Assembly: GCA_018815145.1 (NCBI GenBank) | Contig: JAHIYL010000157.1 | Coordinates: 1 to 33,478 of the forward strand | Length of the DNA: 33,478 bases | Reading direction: 5' to 3' | From: Nanobdellota archaeon | GTDB taxonomy: Archaea > Nanobdellota > Nanobdellia > Woesearchaeales > GW2011-AR15 | Shown: positions 1 to 8,485 of the stretch, in pieces | How the letters are laid out: the number at the start of each line of letters is the position of its first letter | Numbering within the stretch: the first letter of the stretch is position 1 | The notes under the pieces: generated by a model | What the model was told of the DNA's origin: nothing | What the model saw: the letters and a program-made list of their open reading frames with translations, nothing else | Databases searched by the model: none | Position numbers and translations under genes: made by a program

Positions 1-600
1 AAAAAAAAAAATGTCAATAAAATCCTTGACATAGGTTGTGGTGCAGGCAGGCACACAATATATTTTGCTGCACATGGCTTTAAGATGTATGCTATGGACA
101 GTGCACCAAGCGGCATCAGAAGGGCAAAAGAGAATCTGAAAAAATATTCTCTATCAGCAAAATTCAGATGTGCCAACTGTTATGAGCCATTTCCCTACAA
201 AGATGATTTTTTTGATGCTGTCATATCAACCCAGGTCATACATCACGCAAAGATTGAAAATATAAATTTCTGTGTCTCTGAGATACAAAGAGTGCTAAGG
301 GCTGGCGGACTTGCTTTTGTGACTGTCACAAAATGCAAATATCATAAGGAGCATAAAGTACATATGAAAAAAATTGCACCCAGAACATTTGTTCATGTGG
401 ATGGTGTTGAAAAAGGCGTCCCGCATTATATATTCACACAAAAAGAGCTCCGAAAAGCATTTCATGACTTTAAGATACTTGATATACATACTGACAAAAA
501 AGAGCATATAATCATGTTGGGGCAATTAAAAAATTCCAATAGATTGTTATCACCTATTTTATATTTGTTCAGATATTCAAATTCTATTGAACAACAGTAG
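1..600 (+). CDS. Class I SAM-dependent methyltransferase (Methyltransf_11/25-like), 5'-truncated by the window edge
   Basis: Frame 1 is open from base 1 (KKKNVNKILDIGCGAGRHTIYFAAHGFKM...), so the listed ATG at 85 is internal. Motif I is ILDIGCGAG, followed by YAMD (acidic post-I) and RVLRAGGLAFVTV. Stop TAG is at 598-600. Confidence 0.85.
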   Translation, partial: KKKNVNKILDIGCGAGRHTIYFAAHGFKMYAMDSAPSGIRRAKENLKKYSLSAKFRCANCYEPFPYKDDFFDAVISTQVIHHAKIENINFCVSEIQRVLRAGGLAFVTVTKCKYHKEHKVHMKKIAPRTFVHVDGVEKGVPHYIFTQKELRKAFHDFKILDIHTDKKEHIIMLGQLKNSNRLLSPILYLFRYSNSIEQQ

Positions 601-664
601 GTTTGCTTATAAAAATCCATTTGTTCTGTTTCTTATTCACATTTTACATCTGGAGGTGTATGAT

Positions 665-880
665 ATGGGCAAAATGATGATACAGATGAGTGAAGATGCC
701 TGGTCTGAACTGATGCTGGAAAAAATGAAAAAAGAGTTTGAAAAAGTAAATGGAGCAAAAATGGATAAGGCAGCAGCCCTAGCAGTAGAAGCAAGCATGA
801 ATCATTGGAAAGGCAAGATGGAAATGATGGGCAAACATAAGGAATTTGGTCAGAAGCTTATGAGTGTGATGGGAAACTAA
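665..880 (+). CDS. Small (71 aa) Met/Lys/Glu-rich helical protein of unknown function
   Basis: GGAGGTG (652-658) lies 6 nt upstream of the ATG at 665, so the listed start at 587 is probably an artefactual extension. By hand count 13 of 71 residues are Met, including MNHWKGKMEMMGKH. There is no signal peptide. Confidence 0.6.
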   Translation: MGKMMIQMSEDAWSELMLEKMKKEFEKVNGAKMDKAAALAVEASMNHWKGKMEMMGKHKEFGQKLMSVMGN

Positions 881-885
881 CTACT

Positions 886-1473
886 TTATTGTTTTATTTT
901 TTTCAATAACTGAGCACTTTTCAATAGACTGGGCTTAGTCTCAGGATGATCCGTTTCTAATGAATCCAAAAAAAAACCTATCTGTGTCTTTTTGTCTGGA
1001 TTTTTTTTGAATTTCAATTCTTTGATTTCTGCAAATTTGATTATATCTTTCTCACATACATTCAATAGAAGCTTAATATTCAGTTTCTTACCAATAGAAT
1101 AATTTCCAATGAATTTTCCTGTCCTGTTCATAAAAATATTTTCAAGGAAATAAACACATTCCATATCCATATTCCAAGGTACAACAATCTTATCTGATTT
1201 TGTATTGACACTTTTACCAATTTCAAATTTTTGTTTCTTTGTTTTGATTTCACAAGGTAATTTATCAAGGATTGTATCAATAAGGTATTTTGAAACAGCA
1301 CTATTTACAGAATCATCTTCTATAATTAAGATCTTATCAGCCTTTGAAAACAATTTGTTTGTCCTTATCTCTTTTCTAATTCTCTTCTGGATTACTTGCA
1401 CAAAACAATTATTGCAGAGTGGATTGGCTCCAGAGTCCATTGTCGCATCTTTGCTGCATTTCACACATTTCAT
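886..1473 (-). CDS. PP-loop ATPase-like protein (TtuA/NcsA/TilS-like N-terminus) without a recognisable SGGxDS loop
   Basis: The listed start at 1482 is TTG and the first ATG is at 1473, giving MKCVKCSKDA...LCNNCF..IQKRIRKEIR. That is the zinc-ribbon plus helix lead-in typical of tRNA thiolation/lysidine PP-loop enzymes. Where ILVAVSGGKDS is expected it reads ILIIEDDSVNS. Confidence 0.4.
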   Translation of the reverse strand: MKCVKCSKDATMDSGANPLCNNCFVQVIQKRIRKEIRTNKLFSKADKILIIEDDSVNSAVSKYLIDTILDKLPCEIKTKKQKFEIGKSVNTKSDKIVVPWNMDMECVYFLENIFMNRTGKFIGNYSIGKKLNIKLLLNVCEKDIIKFAEIKELKFKKNPDKKTQIGFFLDSLETDHPETKPSLLKSAQLLKKIKQ

Positions 1474-1644
1474 GTTATTCAATATTGCAGGACAATAACA
1501 GAGATATAAAAATTTACTTAAATTCTGATTTTATCGTCTAATATGCCAAAAAAAATTCTATTTTTCTGTATTGTTACTACTTTAAAATGCTATCAAAAAC
1601 GATATATTTATATATAAGTGGAACCATTCTAGAGTAAGAACAAA

Positions 1645-1671
1645 CAAAAGGAGGTAAAACTACTCCTTTTG
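1645..1671. other. Perfect 9-bp stem / 9-nt loop hairpin in a gene-free gap
   Basis: caaaaggag (1645-1653) pairs with ctccttttg (1663-1671). The loop is gtaaaacta. Confidence 0.6.
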
Positions 1672-1721
1672 CACATATTCCAAGTCAACAGAAAAGAAGA
1701 ATTTCATAATCACCTCTTTTT

Positions 1722-1759
1722 CCCTGGGAGCGTCTCTCCGGAGATGCTTCGAGGGTTTT
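1722..1759. other. GC-rich 34-nt hairpin followed by TTTT on the + strand
   Basis: ccctgggagc (1722-1731) pairs with gcttcgaggg (1746-1755) with one mismatch and one G-U. The inner palindrome is tctccggaga. TTTT is at 1756-1759. This is the most GC-rich non-coding patch I noticed in the window. Confidence 0.55.
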
Positions 1760-1793
1760 ATAATAAGTCAACTAAGAAATAATTTACACTTTT

Positions 1794-3527
1794 CTATCGT
1801 TGTCGTTTCTTTTTATGTCTTACGCCATACTCTTTTCTCATCCAGGTGAAGCAGGCAAAAAAACCCAGCACAAAACCGACTGAAATCAGATATACATAAA
1901 GTGGATCGATTCTTGGCAGATAAATTCTTTTCTCCCTGAAATATATGTCCAATTTTGAGAGCTCAATAGCATATTCAAGATAAAGAAGAGCTGAGAATTT
2001 GTCGTTGTCTTTGAGTGATTTTGCATACTCATAATAGCTGTAGCCAATGATAGGGAAGACGTTCTTTTCAATCTGCTTTCCAATTATCTGCTCTGCCTCA
2101 AGAATCCTGTCCTCAATCAAAAGCATAGTCTTTTCATCATCAAGCCCCATGCTGTTAAGGACAATATCTATCTCTGCCTTTGCATTGCTTGCCTTGAACA
2201 GGCATAGGCTGTATTCCTTGCTGTTATAATCATCATAAGCATAGGAAAGCTCCTTTTTTGTCTGTTCAAACGCAAGAGGGATATACAGCTTCAGATACTC
2301 AATCCTTTCCTCAACCTCGCTTATCTTCTTGAGGCATGATTCAGCAACACTTTTTTCATCAATGATAAATTTTTGGCCGGGTTTTCCAAAAAAAGTTGAC
2401 CAGAAGACGGCACTGTTGAACCTCTCGATTCCAAATGCAAGATTATACAGACTTGAGTTTACATCTGTATCATTCCCTATGAGGTTCTCTTTTGCCGCAC
2501 TGAAATACTCCTGGGAGTTCATCAGCCTCTCATTGACTACCATGTAAGTCTGAAGATCAGTTATTGTCTCAATGGTTTTTTTGGATATGATTTCCTTATA
2601 CTCCTTTGTCTTATTTTCATAGTGGATTATCTCTTCATTGATTTCTTGTTCATCAAGATCTGAATCCAGATACCTAAAATATTTGAATTTCACATTCGCT
2701 CCAAAACAATAGCTTGCAGCACTGTAATAATTCTCTTTTTCAATTGCACCAAGTCCAAATGCCAAAAGTTCATTTGCATCATTCAATATAGAGATGTTTT
2801 CTTTGGAGGAAACAGAAATGTCTGCACTCCTCTGGCAGATCCCTTCAGATATATTTTTCATCCTTTCAATATAATCTGTATCAATTATGATTGAGTAATT
2901 CTTATCATACGTCCTGCCATTGAATTCATATATTGCTTCACGCAGGTTCCCGACCTTCACTATCTCTATTTCTGTGTTTTCCTGCAGTTCTGCGATAGTG
3001 CTCTCATTTATGCTTGACCATTTTGGAATCATTATTTTTTTTAGGCCCATCTTATCTGCATAAGTGATCTTTTCAGAGATGCCGCTCACCGGACCTACAA
3101 GTCCTCCTGAATTGATGGTCCCGGTAATTGATATTGTCTCATCAATTGTCCACTCCTCAAGAACACTTATTGTAAGAAGCGCTATTGCTGCTCCGGCACT
3201 TGGACCACCGACAATTGCAGCATTTGCCCGTATAGTGTAAAAGAAATCATATTTCTCGCAATCAGTATCACTATAGTCGCACGCAATCTCATTGGCAAAC
3301 CGTGTCGACATGACTGTGTCAAGTTTTGTAAGAGGAAATGAATCTATGAAGATTCTCCCATTTCCCGGCTTTATCTCAAGAAAAAGATCAGCGCTGCTGC
3401 CAGACTCTTTATCTTCAATCTCAGATACTGCCAAAAGTTTCATCTGCCCATTTTTGGCATTGCACAAAGGTACAATTGCAAAAAAAAGAAGCATTAACAA
3501 TATTTTTTTTGATATATATTTTGACAT
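1794..3527 (-). CDS. Membrane-anchored S16 (Lon-type) serine protease domain protein without an AAA+ module
   Basis: The listed start at 3548 is TTG and the ATG at 3527 gives MSKYISKKILLMLLFFAIVPLCNA (signal/anchor). The Lon proteolytic core is VGGPSAGAAIALLTISVL...ITGTINSGGLVGPVSGISEKI..ADKMGLKKIMIPK (Ser-Lys dyad context). A ~350-aa helical region follows, then a C-terminal TM helix (LYVYLISVGFVLGFFACFTWM) and a basic tail. Confidence 0.8.
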   Translation of the reverse strand: MSKYISKKILLMLLFFAIVPLCNAKNGQMKLLAVSEIEDKESGSSADLFLEIKPGNGRIFIDSFPLTKLDTVMSTRFANEIACDYSDTDCEKYDFFYTIRANAAIVGGPSAGAAIALLTISVLEEWTIDETISITGTINSGGLVGPVSGISEKITYADKMGLKKIMIPKWSSINESTIAELQENTEIEIVKVGNLREAIYEFNGRTYDKNYSIIIDTDYIERMKNISEGICQRSADISVSSKENISILNDANELLAFGLGAIEKENYYSAASYCFGANVKFKYFRYLDSDLDEQEINEEIIHYENKTKEYKEIISKKTIETITDLQTYMVVNERLMNSQEYFSAAKENLIGNDTDVNSSLYNLAFGIERFNSAVFWSTFFGKPGQKFIIDEKSVAESCLKKISEVEERIEYLKLYIPLAFEQTKKELSYAYDDYNSKEYSLCLFKASNAKAEIDIVLNSMGLDDEKTMLLIEDRILEAEQIIGKQIEKNVFPIIGYSYYEYAKSLKDNDKFSALLYLEYAIELSKLDIYFREKRIYLPRIDPLYVYLISVGFVLGFFACFTWMRKEYGVRHKKKRQR

Positions 3528-3605
3528 ATATGATGCTACTAAAGACAAAAGCCATTTAAAGTTTGTGTTTTGCTGATAAATTTTGGAAAGAAGGTGACAA
3601 AAAAA

Positions 3606-4199
3606 TCATTTGATTATGTTTGAATCAGTGTTCTTGTTCTTCTTCAGATCCTCAACTACTTCTTCAAGTATCATATTGAAAGATTTCTCCCTGAAATTTT
3701 CAAGTTCTTTTTCAAGATCTTCAGCATGCAGCATATCTTCAAAAAAGATCTTATAGCTCTTTGAGCCGCCATTAAAATTTGCCTTAGGGAACCAATTGAT
3801 ATGCATCTCATATTCAACAGGTGTTGATGACATCATTGAAGAAATGAACTCTTCATTTTGCCCTTTCTCCTTGTACATAGCCAGAAGTTTTGACTGATAC
3901 AGTATTCTGTTATATTTTTCAAGCTGCGTGTCCTTTTCAAAAGTCCTCAGTTGGTTCTGCAAAGAAATAAGTTTGGCTGAATCGGAAAACAATGTCAGAT
4001 TTCCGCTCTTGACAATTTCCTGGCCTGATTTCTGAGTATCTTTCACTCCAAAATTTGAAAGGACTACATTGAATCGGATCTCCACTTCAGGATATTTCTC
4101 AAGTACACCAATATCAAATTTCACCAGTTCTTTAGAATCCGACACTGCTTCTTTATTACCCTTGTTCTGAATTTTTCCCAAAATATCTTTGATTTCCAT
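3606..4199 (-). CDS. Hypothetical 197-aa acidic, coiled-coil-like protein, translationally coupled to topA
   Basis: The ORF has no motif I recognise. Its ATG at 4199 lies 1 nt after the topA stop (TAA, 4203-4201). Confidence 0.6.
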   Translation of the reverse strand: MEIKDILGKIQNKGNKEAVSDSKELVKFDIGVLEKYPEVEIRFNVVLSNFGVKDTQKSGQEIVKSGNLTLFSDSAKLISLQNQLRTFEKDTQLEKYNRILYQSKLLAMYKEKGQNEEFISSMMSSTPVEYEMHINWFPKANFNGGSKSYKIFFEDMLHAEDLEKELENFREKSFNMILEEVVEDLKKNKNTDSNIIK

Positions 4200-4200
4200 G

Positions 4201-6477
4201 TTAAATCACTTCAGGTATGACTGTCTCTTCACTTTGTTTTTTTGATTCTGGTTTATTATGACCATTGCCATTGTTCCCAAGCTTTTCTGTATACCTGCAC
4301 TTTGGATATTTGGAACAACCTAAGAATTGCCCATATACACTTTTTCTTAAGACAAGTTCTCCGGATTTGCAGGTTGGACATTTCTTTATTTCTTTCCCAC
4401 TCTCCAAATCAGTCACTTCTTTCTTTATTTCTTTATCAATGATCTTCTTGGATTTACAATCAGGATTAAAACATACTTCCTGTGTCTTTGAATTAATTAT
4501 CTTTATTATCGGATAATTGCAGTGCTCACAAAACTTGTCAGTAGATTCTATTTTTCCGCTCCCGGGCAAAGAGAATGTAGTTTTGCATTCAGGATATTTA
4601 TTGCATGCCAGGAATCTTCCGAACCTTCCTTTTCTCAAGGCAAGATCTCCTTCCTTGCATATCGGGCACTTCCCCATATTTGCCAGTTCATTTCTGGTCT
4701 CAATATTCGCAGAATACAATTCTTCACCTATCTTATTCATATGTTTTTCAAATTCTGCCACTATCTCGATGACCGTGTTCTTTGAGTCCTCCAAAACTTT
4801 TTTTGAATCTGTTTTTTCGTCTCTGATTTTTTCCATTTCTGTCTCAAAATTTCTTGTAAGTTCAGGATCAACAATTTTTGGAGAATATTTTTCAAGAGTT
4901 TCTTCAGTCCTTATCCCTAATTCTGTTGCTACAAGCGGCTTGCCATCAATAAATCCCCTGTCCTTCAGTGTCTCGACAATCTGTGCTCTAGTAGCTTTTG
5001 TTCCCAGATTCTCTTTTTCCAGCTCCTTGATGATGGATGCATCAGTGTATCTTTTCGGCGGTGTTGTCTTTTTATCTACGTTGTCAATGGAATCAACATC
5101 AACAACGTCTTTTTCAGTAATTTTTGGCAGCTCTTCTTCTTTGAGCTTGACATGTTTCCCATAAAGATCAAACCATCCTCGCTTAATTGTCGTTGTTCCC
5201 TTTGTGATAAATATCTCATTCTTGCAGTCAATTCTGACTGTCATGGTCTCTCTGGTTGCTGCTTCTCCAAATGTTGCCAGAAACCGTCTCAATATTAGAT
5301 CATACAGGTTTTTTTGAGCAGGAGTCTTTAGTACAGGCATATTGCCTGTCGGATAGATTGCAGGATGTGCAGGATCTGTCTTTTTGCCGTTGTTTGGCCT
5401 AAGATTACCTTTTTTCAATAATGACTCAACCAGCAATTTATATTCTGATTGTTTGGATATGGCAGCAAGTATCTTTGAATAGCCAATCTCCGGCGGAAGC
5501 ACCTGAGAAGACGTTCTGGGGTAAGATATATATCCTGCAACATATAGCTCCTGAGCTGTTGAGAGAGTCTTTTTTGGAGACATCCTTATGCAATTATGCG
5601 CCTCAATCTGCAAAGATGTCAGGTCAAACGGATAAGGCGGTAATGCTTTGAATTCCCTTTTTTCCACTGACTTTACTACTGCCTTTTTCTCACCCTTACA
5701 GTTTTCAAATATATCTTCAGCCACCTTCTTGTCGAATATCTTACCTTTTTCGTGAAGCGCTTCGATCTTTCCTTTGTTTATCTTTCCCTTGAGATGCACT
5801 TCCCAGTAGGATTCAGGAATAAATGCCTTTATCTCTTTCTCCTTGTCAACGATCAGCTTGAGTGCTGGCCCCTGCACCCTGCCTGTGGACATCAATTTAA
5901 AATGGCCGATGGAAGATATTGATTTGGTAAGTGCCCTGGACAGATTTATTCCAAAGAACCAGTCCATCATATGTCTTGTCTCACCTGCTCTTGCCTGACC
6001 CCAATTGAGCGTCTTTTCCCGATTCTCATAGGATTTGACAAGATCTGATTTTGTCAGGGTTGAGAATTTCATCCTTGAACCGTCTTTTTTTTTGCAGGCA
6101 TATCTTATGATGTTAAGACCTATGACTTCTCCCTCAATATCATAATCTGTTGCAACTGTAAATTCACTGGCACCTTTTGCCATGGACTTGATTGTTGAAA
6201 GATATTTTTTAGAATAATCCTGGCCCTTGCTCATCTTGTGTGAAGGGACCCATTGTATGTCAAATACAGGAAATTTTGATTTTGGAAGACCTTCTTTCTG
6301 ATCAAGGCCATATATATGTCCGACGGCAGAAACCACAACAATCTCTTTCTTATTATGCGTCAAACGGTAATAAGGAACACCATTGCTGCTCTCTTTTTTT
6401 GGCTTTGTGTCTGCAAGAGCAGCAGCAATCTTTGCGCCAGCACTAGGTTTTTCTGTAATTATTAGTTCATATCCCAT
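4201..6477 (-). CDS. topA: DNA topoisomerase, type IA (TopA/Topo III-like) with three C-terminal C4 zinc ribbons
   Basis: TOPRIM motifs are LIITEKPS and ATDYDIEGEVIG. The active-site Tyr context is GYISYPRTSSQ. The zinc ribbons are CPICK..CNKYPEC, CEHC..CFNPDC and CPTCK..CSKYPKC. Confidence 0.93.
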   Translation of the reverse strand: MGYELIITEKPSAGAKIAAALADTKPKKESSNGVPYYRLTHNKKEIVVVSAVGHIYGLDQKEGLPKSKFPVFDIQWVPSHKMSKGQDYSKKYLSTIKSMAKGASEFTVATDYDIEGEVIGLNIIRYACKKKDGSRMKFSTLTKSDLVKSYENREKTLNWGQARAGETRHMMDWFFGINLSRALTKSISSIGHFKLMSTGRVQGPALKLIVDKEKEIKAFIPESYWEVHLKGKINKGKIEALHEKGKIFDKKVAEDIFENCKGEKKAVVKSVEKREFKALPPYPFDLTSLQIEAHNCIRMSPKKTLSTAQELYVAGYISYPRTSSQVLPPEIGYSKILAAISKQSEYKLLVESLLKKGNLRPNNGKKTDPAHPAIYPTGNMPVLKTPAQKNLYDLILRRFLATFGEAATRETMTVRIDCKNEIFITKGTTTIKRGWFDLYGKHVKLKEEELPKITEKDVVDVDSIDNVDKKTTPPKRYTDASIIKELEKENLGTKATRAQIVETLKDRGFIDGKPLVATELGIRTEETLEKYSPKIVDPELTRNFETEMEKIRDEKTDSKKVLEDSKNTVIEIVAEFEKHMNKIGEELYSANIETRNELANMGKCPICKEGDLALRKGRFGRFLACNKYPECKTTFSLPGSGKIESTDKFCEHCNYPIIKIINSKTQEVCFNPDCKSKKIIDKEIKKEVTDLESGKEIKKCPTCKSGELVLRKSVYGQFLGCSKYPKCRYTEKLGNNGNGHNKPESKKQSEETVIPEVI

Positions 6478-6558
6478 TTACAAGCAGGAACTTTGAATTC
6501 ATATATATAATTTTTGGAGAGAGAAATATTTATACTTAGAAAAAATTAAAGCTATCAA

Positions 6559-6960
6559 ATGAAAAAAACAATAACAATTATTATTATGATTCTGACAATT
6601 GGATTGATGATGAATGGGTGTGGCCCAACAAAACCCACACCTTCATGGGATTTAGAGCATAACACATGTAATTTTTTAACAAGTTTTGATGGAAAGAACA
6701 TTGGTTGTGATACTTTATTACCCTGTCCTGCCGCCTACCTAGATCCTACAGATGCCTGTGGAGACTGCCATACTTGCTGTGTGGATGAGAAGGATTTTGA
6801 AGAGTTCAAACATCACAATATGTGGGATATTAAATGTCAATGTGCAAATCATCCTTCTGGTGAATTTTCAGAATTGAATACAATATGCAGTGCAGCATCA
6901 AGTCCAGATCAAGAGGCTGCAGGTGTTGTTCCTGAAAATGATGTATTGTTGACAGCCTAA
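6559..6960 (+). CDS. Small Cys-rich secreted or lipoprotein-like protein
   Basis: The signal sequence is MKKTITIIIMILTIGLMMNGC, with a weak lipobox-like NGC. I count 11 Cys in 133 aa, including CGDCHTCC and CQC. Confidence 0.65.
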   Translation: MKKTITIIIMILTIGLMMNGCGPTKPTPSWDLEHNTCNFLTSFDGKNIGCDTLLPCPAAYLDPTDACGDCHTCCVDEKDFEEFKHHNMWDIKCQCANHPSGEFSELNTICSAASSPDQEAAGVVPENDVLLTA

Positions 6961-7003
6961 ATAATGTTTTTTCTATTTTACTAATATGTAGATATTTTTT
7001 ATC

Positions 7004-7027
7004 ATTAGCTAAACTTTTGCGTTTTTC
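7004..7027. repeat. Target-site duplication ATTAG (7004-7008) plus left terminal inverted repeat (7009-7027)
   Basis: ctaaacttttgcgtttttc at 7009-7027 is the exact reverse complement of 8486-8504. The transposase stop codon lies inside this repeat. Confidence 0.88.
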
Positions 7028-8211
7028 ACAAAAACGAGTCGATTGAGGATTTTTCTAAATTCAACAAGGTTGCGAGCTTTTTTCTTTAGCCAACATCTCC
7101 CTTTGAGAGCAATTAATCTCATGTACCTGCATCCTTCACCTATTGTTCGGATGGTTCGATTTAGAGGTTTTAATAGTTCATCATTTCGCATCAAGACTAG
7201 ATTAGTGTAGGCTACAAGAACAGCGCATACGACTTTCTGTAACGCACCAAATTTGCGCACCTGGCAACTTTCTAATCCAAGATGCTGTTTAGCATCTCTA
7301 TGGTAAACCTCAATTTTCCACCGTTCTAAAAGCAGATTTAGTAGTGACTCATCATTCTGCTGCATAATGTTTGTAACATATATCCTAATTTCTTCTTCAT
7401 CTCCTGCTTTGTAGGAGATGATCAGCTTTTCTTTTCCTACACCTCTTTCACTTACTTCTACAGTATGGATGAAGTAAGCTTCACCATCTAAAAAATAAAA
7501 ATTGAAATCATCATCAGTTAGGGTTTGCAAATATTTCTCGATGCTTATTCTTTTTTGTCCATTTATGCTGATATTATTTGTCACTTTAGCTCCAATAATA
7601 TATTTTAATCCCCTTGCTCGCACTTCTTGTATAAGAAAATCTGCGTACAAACCTGCATCTGCAATAAAAAGCCAAATGGGCAGTTTTTTTATAGCATAAT
7701 CAAGTTGTTCTAGACAAATTTCTCTTGCTGTTTTAAATGGGTGTTCCATGTCAGTGTCTTCTTTTCGAAGATAAAAATCCGCACTAATAGGAAACTCGGT
7801 ATTTCCATCACTAAAAAAACTGTTGATAAGAAAATATCCCCAATCCTTTTTTTTGGACATGCCATTATAATGATAATTGGCATTTTCCATTTCTTTTCCA
7901 TATTTTTTTAAGAAGGTTGGATCGCATATGAATATTCCTCGTTTAAGCTTATTGAATGACTTAATTTGAGAAATTCTTCTGTTATTTATCCTAATTGGCT
8001 GCCATTCTGATGAAGTAAAAAAACGGTTTAAACTGCTTTGATCTATTCTTCCAAAGCAGTCATTTATCTCTTGAATTGTTTTGTTGTCAGAGACAACCAA
8101 CCCAATCACAAAATCACGAAAATTTTTGTACTGTGGACGAGTAAAGCATTTTTTATAAAATGAAATAAGTGCTTTAAACTTAGCAGGAATTTCTTTTAAT
8201 GGAAGTGACAT
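7009..8211 (-). CDS. DDE-family transposase (IS4/IS701-like)
   Basis: 400 aa. The candidate catalytic triad contexts are GIFICDPTFLKKYG, IWLFIADAGLYAD and RWKIEVYHRDAKQHLGL (a Y..R...E......K-like signature). Confidence 0.85.
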   Translation of the reverse strand: MSLPLKEIPAKFKALISFYKKCFTRPQYKNFRDFVIGLVVSDNKTIQEINDCFGRIDQSSLNRFFTSSEWQPIRINNRRISQIKSFNKLKRGIFICDPTFLKKYGKEMENANYHYNGMSKKKDWGYFLINSFFSDGNTEFPISADFYLRKEDTDMEHPFKTAREICLEQLDYAIKKLPIWLFIADAGLYADFLIQEVRARGLKYIIGAKVTNNISINGQKRISIEKYLQTLTDDDFNFYFLDGEAYFIHTVEVSERGVGKEKLIISYKAGDEEEIRIYVTNIMQQNDESLLNLLLERWKIEVYHRDAKQHLGLESCQVRKFGALQKVVCAVLVAYTNLVLMRNDELLKPLNRTIRTIGEGCRYMRLIALKGRCWLKKKARNLVEFRKILNRLVFVKNAKV

Positions 8212-8223
8212 GATTAAAAATGC

Positions 8224-8385
8224 TTAAACTTTTCGTAATTTTAATGAATTCTTGTCTAACAAACTCCATTCAAACTCTTCGCCCTTTTTGAATCCCATAA
8301 CTTGAGCAACTTGGGTTGGAAAATTTACATACCATTGCTCAGATTCTTTTCTTTTTATCAACTGAATTTTTGTTTTATACCCCAT
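8224..8385 (-). CDS. AbrB/SpoVT/MazE-like small DNA-binding protein (53 aa), not in the ORF track (below its length cut-off)
   Basis: My hand translation is MGYKTKIQLIKRKESEQWYVNFPTQVAQVMGFKKGEEFEWSLLDKNSLKLRKV*. GAGGTG lies 7 nt upstream of the ATG at 8385. The P.QVAQVMGFKKGEEFEW stretch resembles the looped-hinge-helix signature. The ORF lies inside the IS, upstream of the transposase. Confidence 0.6.
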   Translation of the reverse strand: MGYKTKIQLIKRKESEQWYVNFPTQVAQVMGFKKGEEFEWSLLDKNSLKLRKV

Positions 8386-8404
8386 ATTTAATCACCTCTA
8401 TTAT

Positions 8405-8424
8405 ATCTAGTTAAATAACTAGAT
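8405..8424. promoter_or_regulatory. Palindromic operator candidate in the IS-internal promoter
   Basis: atctagtta-aa-taactagat is a 9-bp inverted repeat with a 2-nt spacer. On the minus strand it sits between an A/T-rich TATA-like tract (about 8427-8442) and the SD/ATG of the AbrB-like ORF. Confidence 0.4.
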
Positions 8425-8485
8425 TTTATTTATATATTTTTCTACACTCTAGTATATATTCAGAATTCATGCAGTATTTATCGAG

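Noticed and set aside
587-664. Upstream extension of the small Met-rich ORF (listed start 587, overlapping the methyltransferase stop)
   Set aside because: A strong GGAGGTG SD sits 6 nt before the ATG at 665. The extension encodes a hydrophobic stretch that is not coherent with the rest of the protein.
1543-1617. 24-codon + strand ORF (MPKKILFFCIVTTLKCYQKRYIYI), plus a 15-codon minus-strand ORF (MKFFFSVDLEYVQKE, about 1657-1704) in the long gap
   Set aside because: Both are very short. The first has no SD. The second has a GAGGTG only 3 nt from its ATG. Neither can be supported without conservation or expression data.
4517-5164. 215-aa ORF, plus 4242-4442, 4265-4516, 4522-4785, 5421-5651 and 6240-6446, on the + strand inside topA
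   Set aside because: They are antisense to a motif-perfect topoisomerase gene. Their products are low-complexity and Ser/Phe/Leu-rich, as expected from the reverse complement of an AT-rich coding sequence. None has an SD or a recognisable motif.
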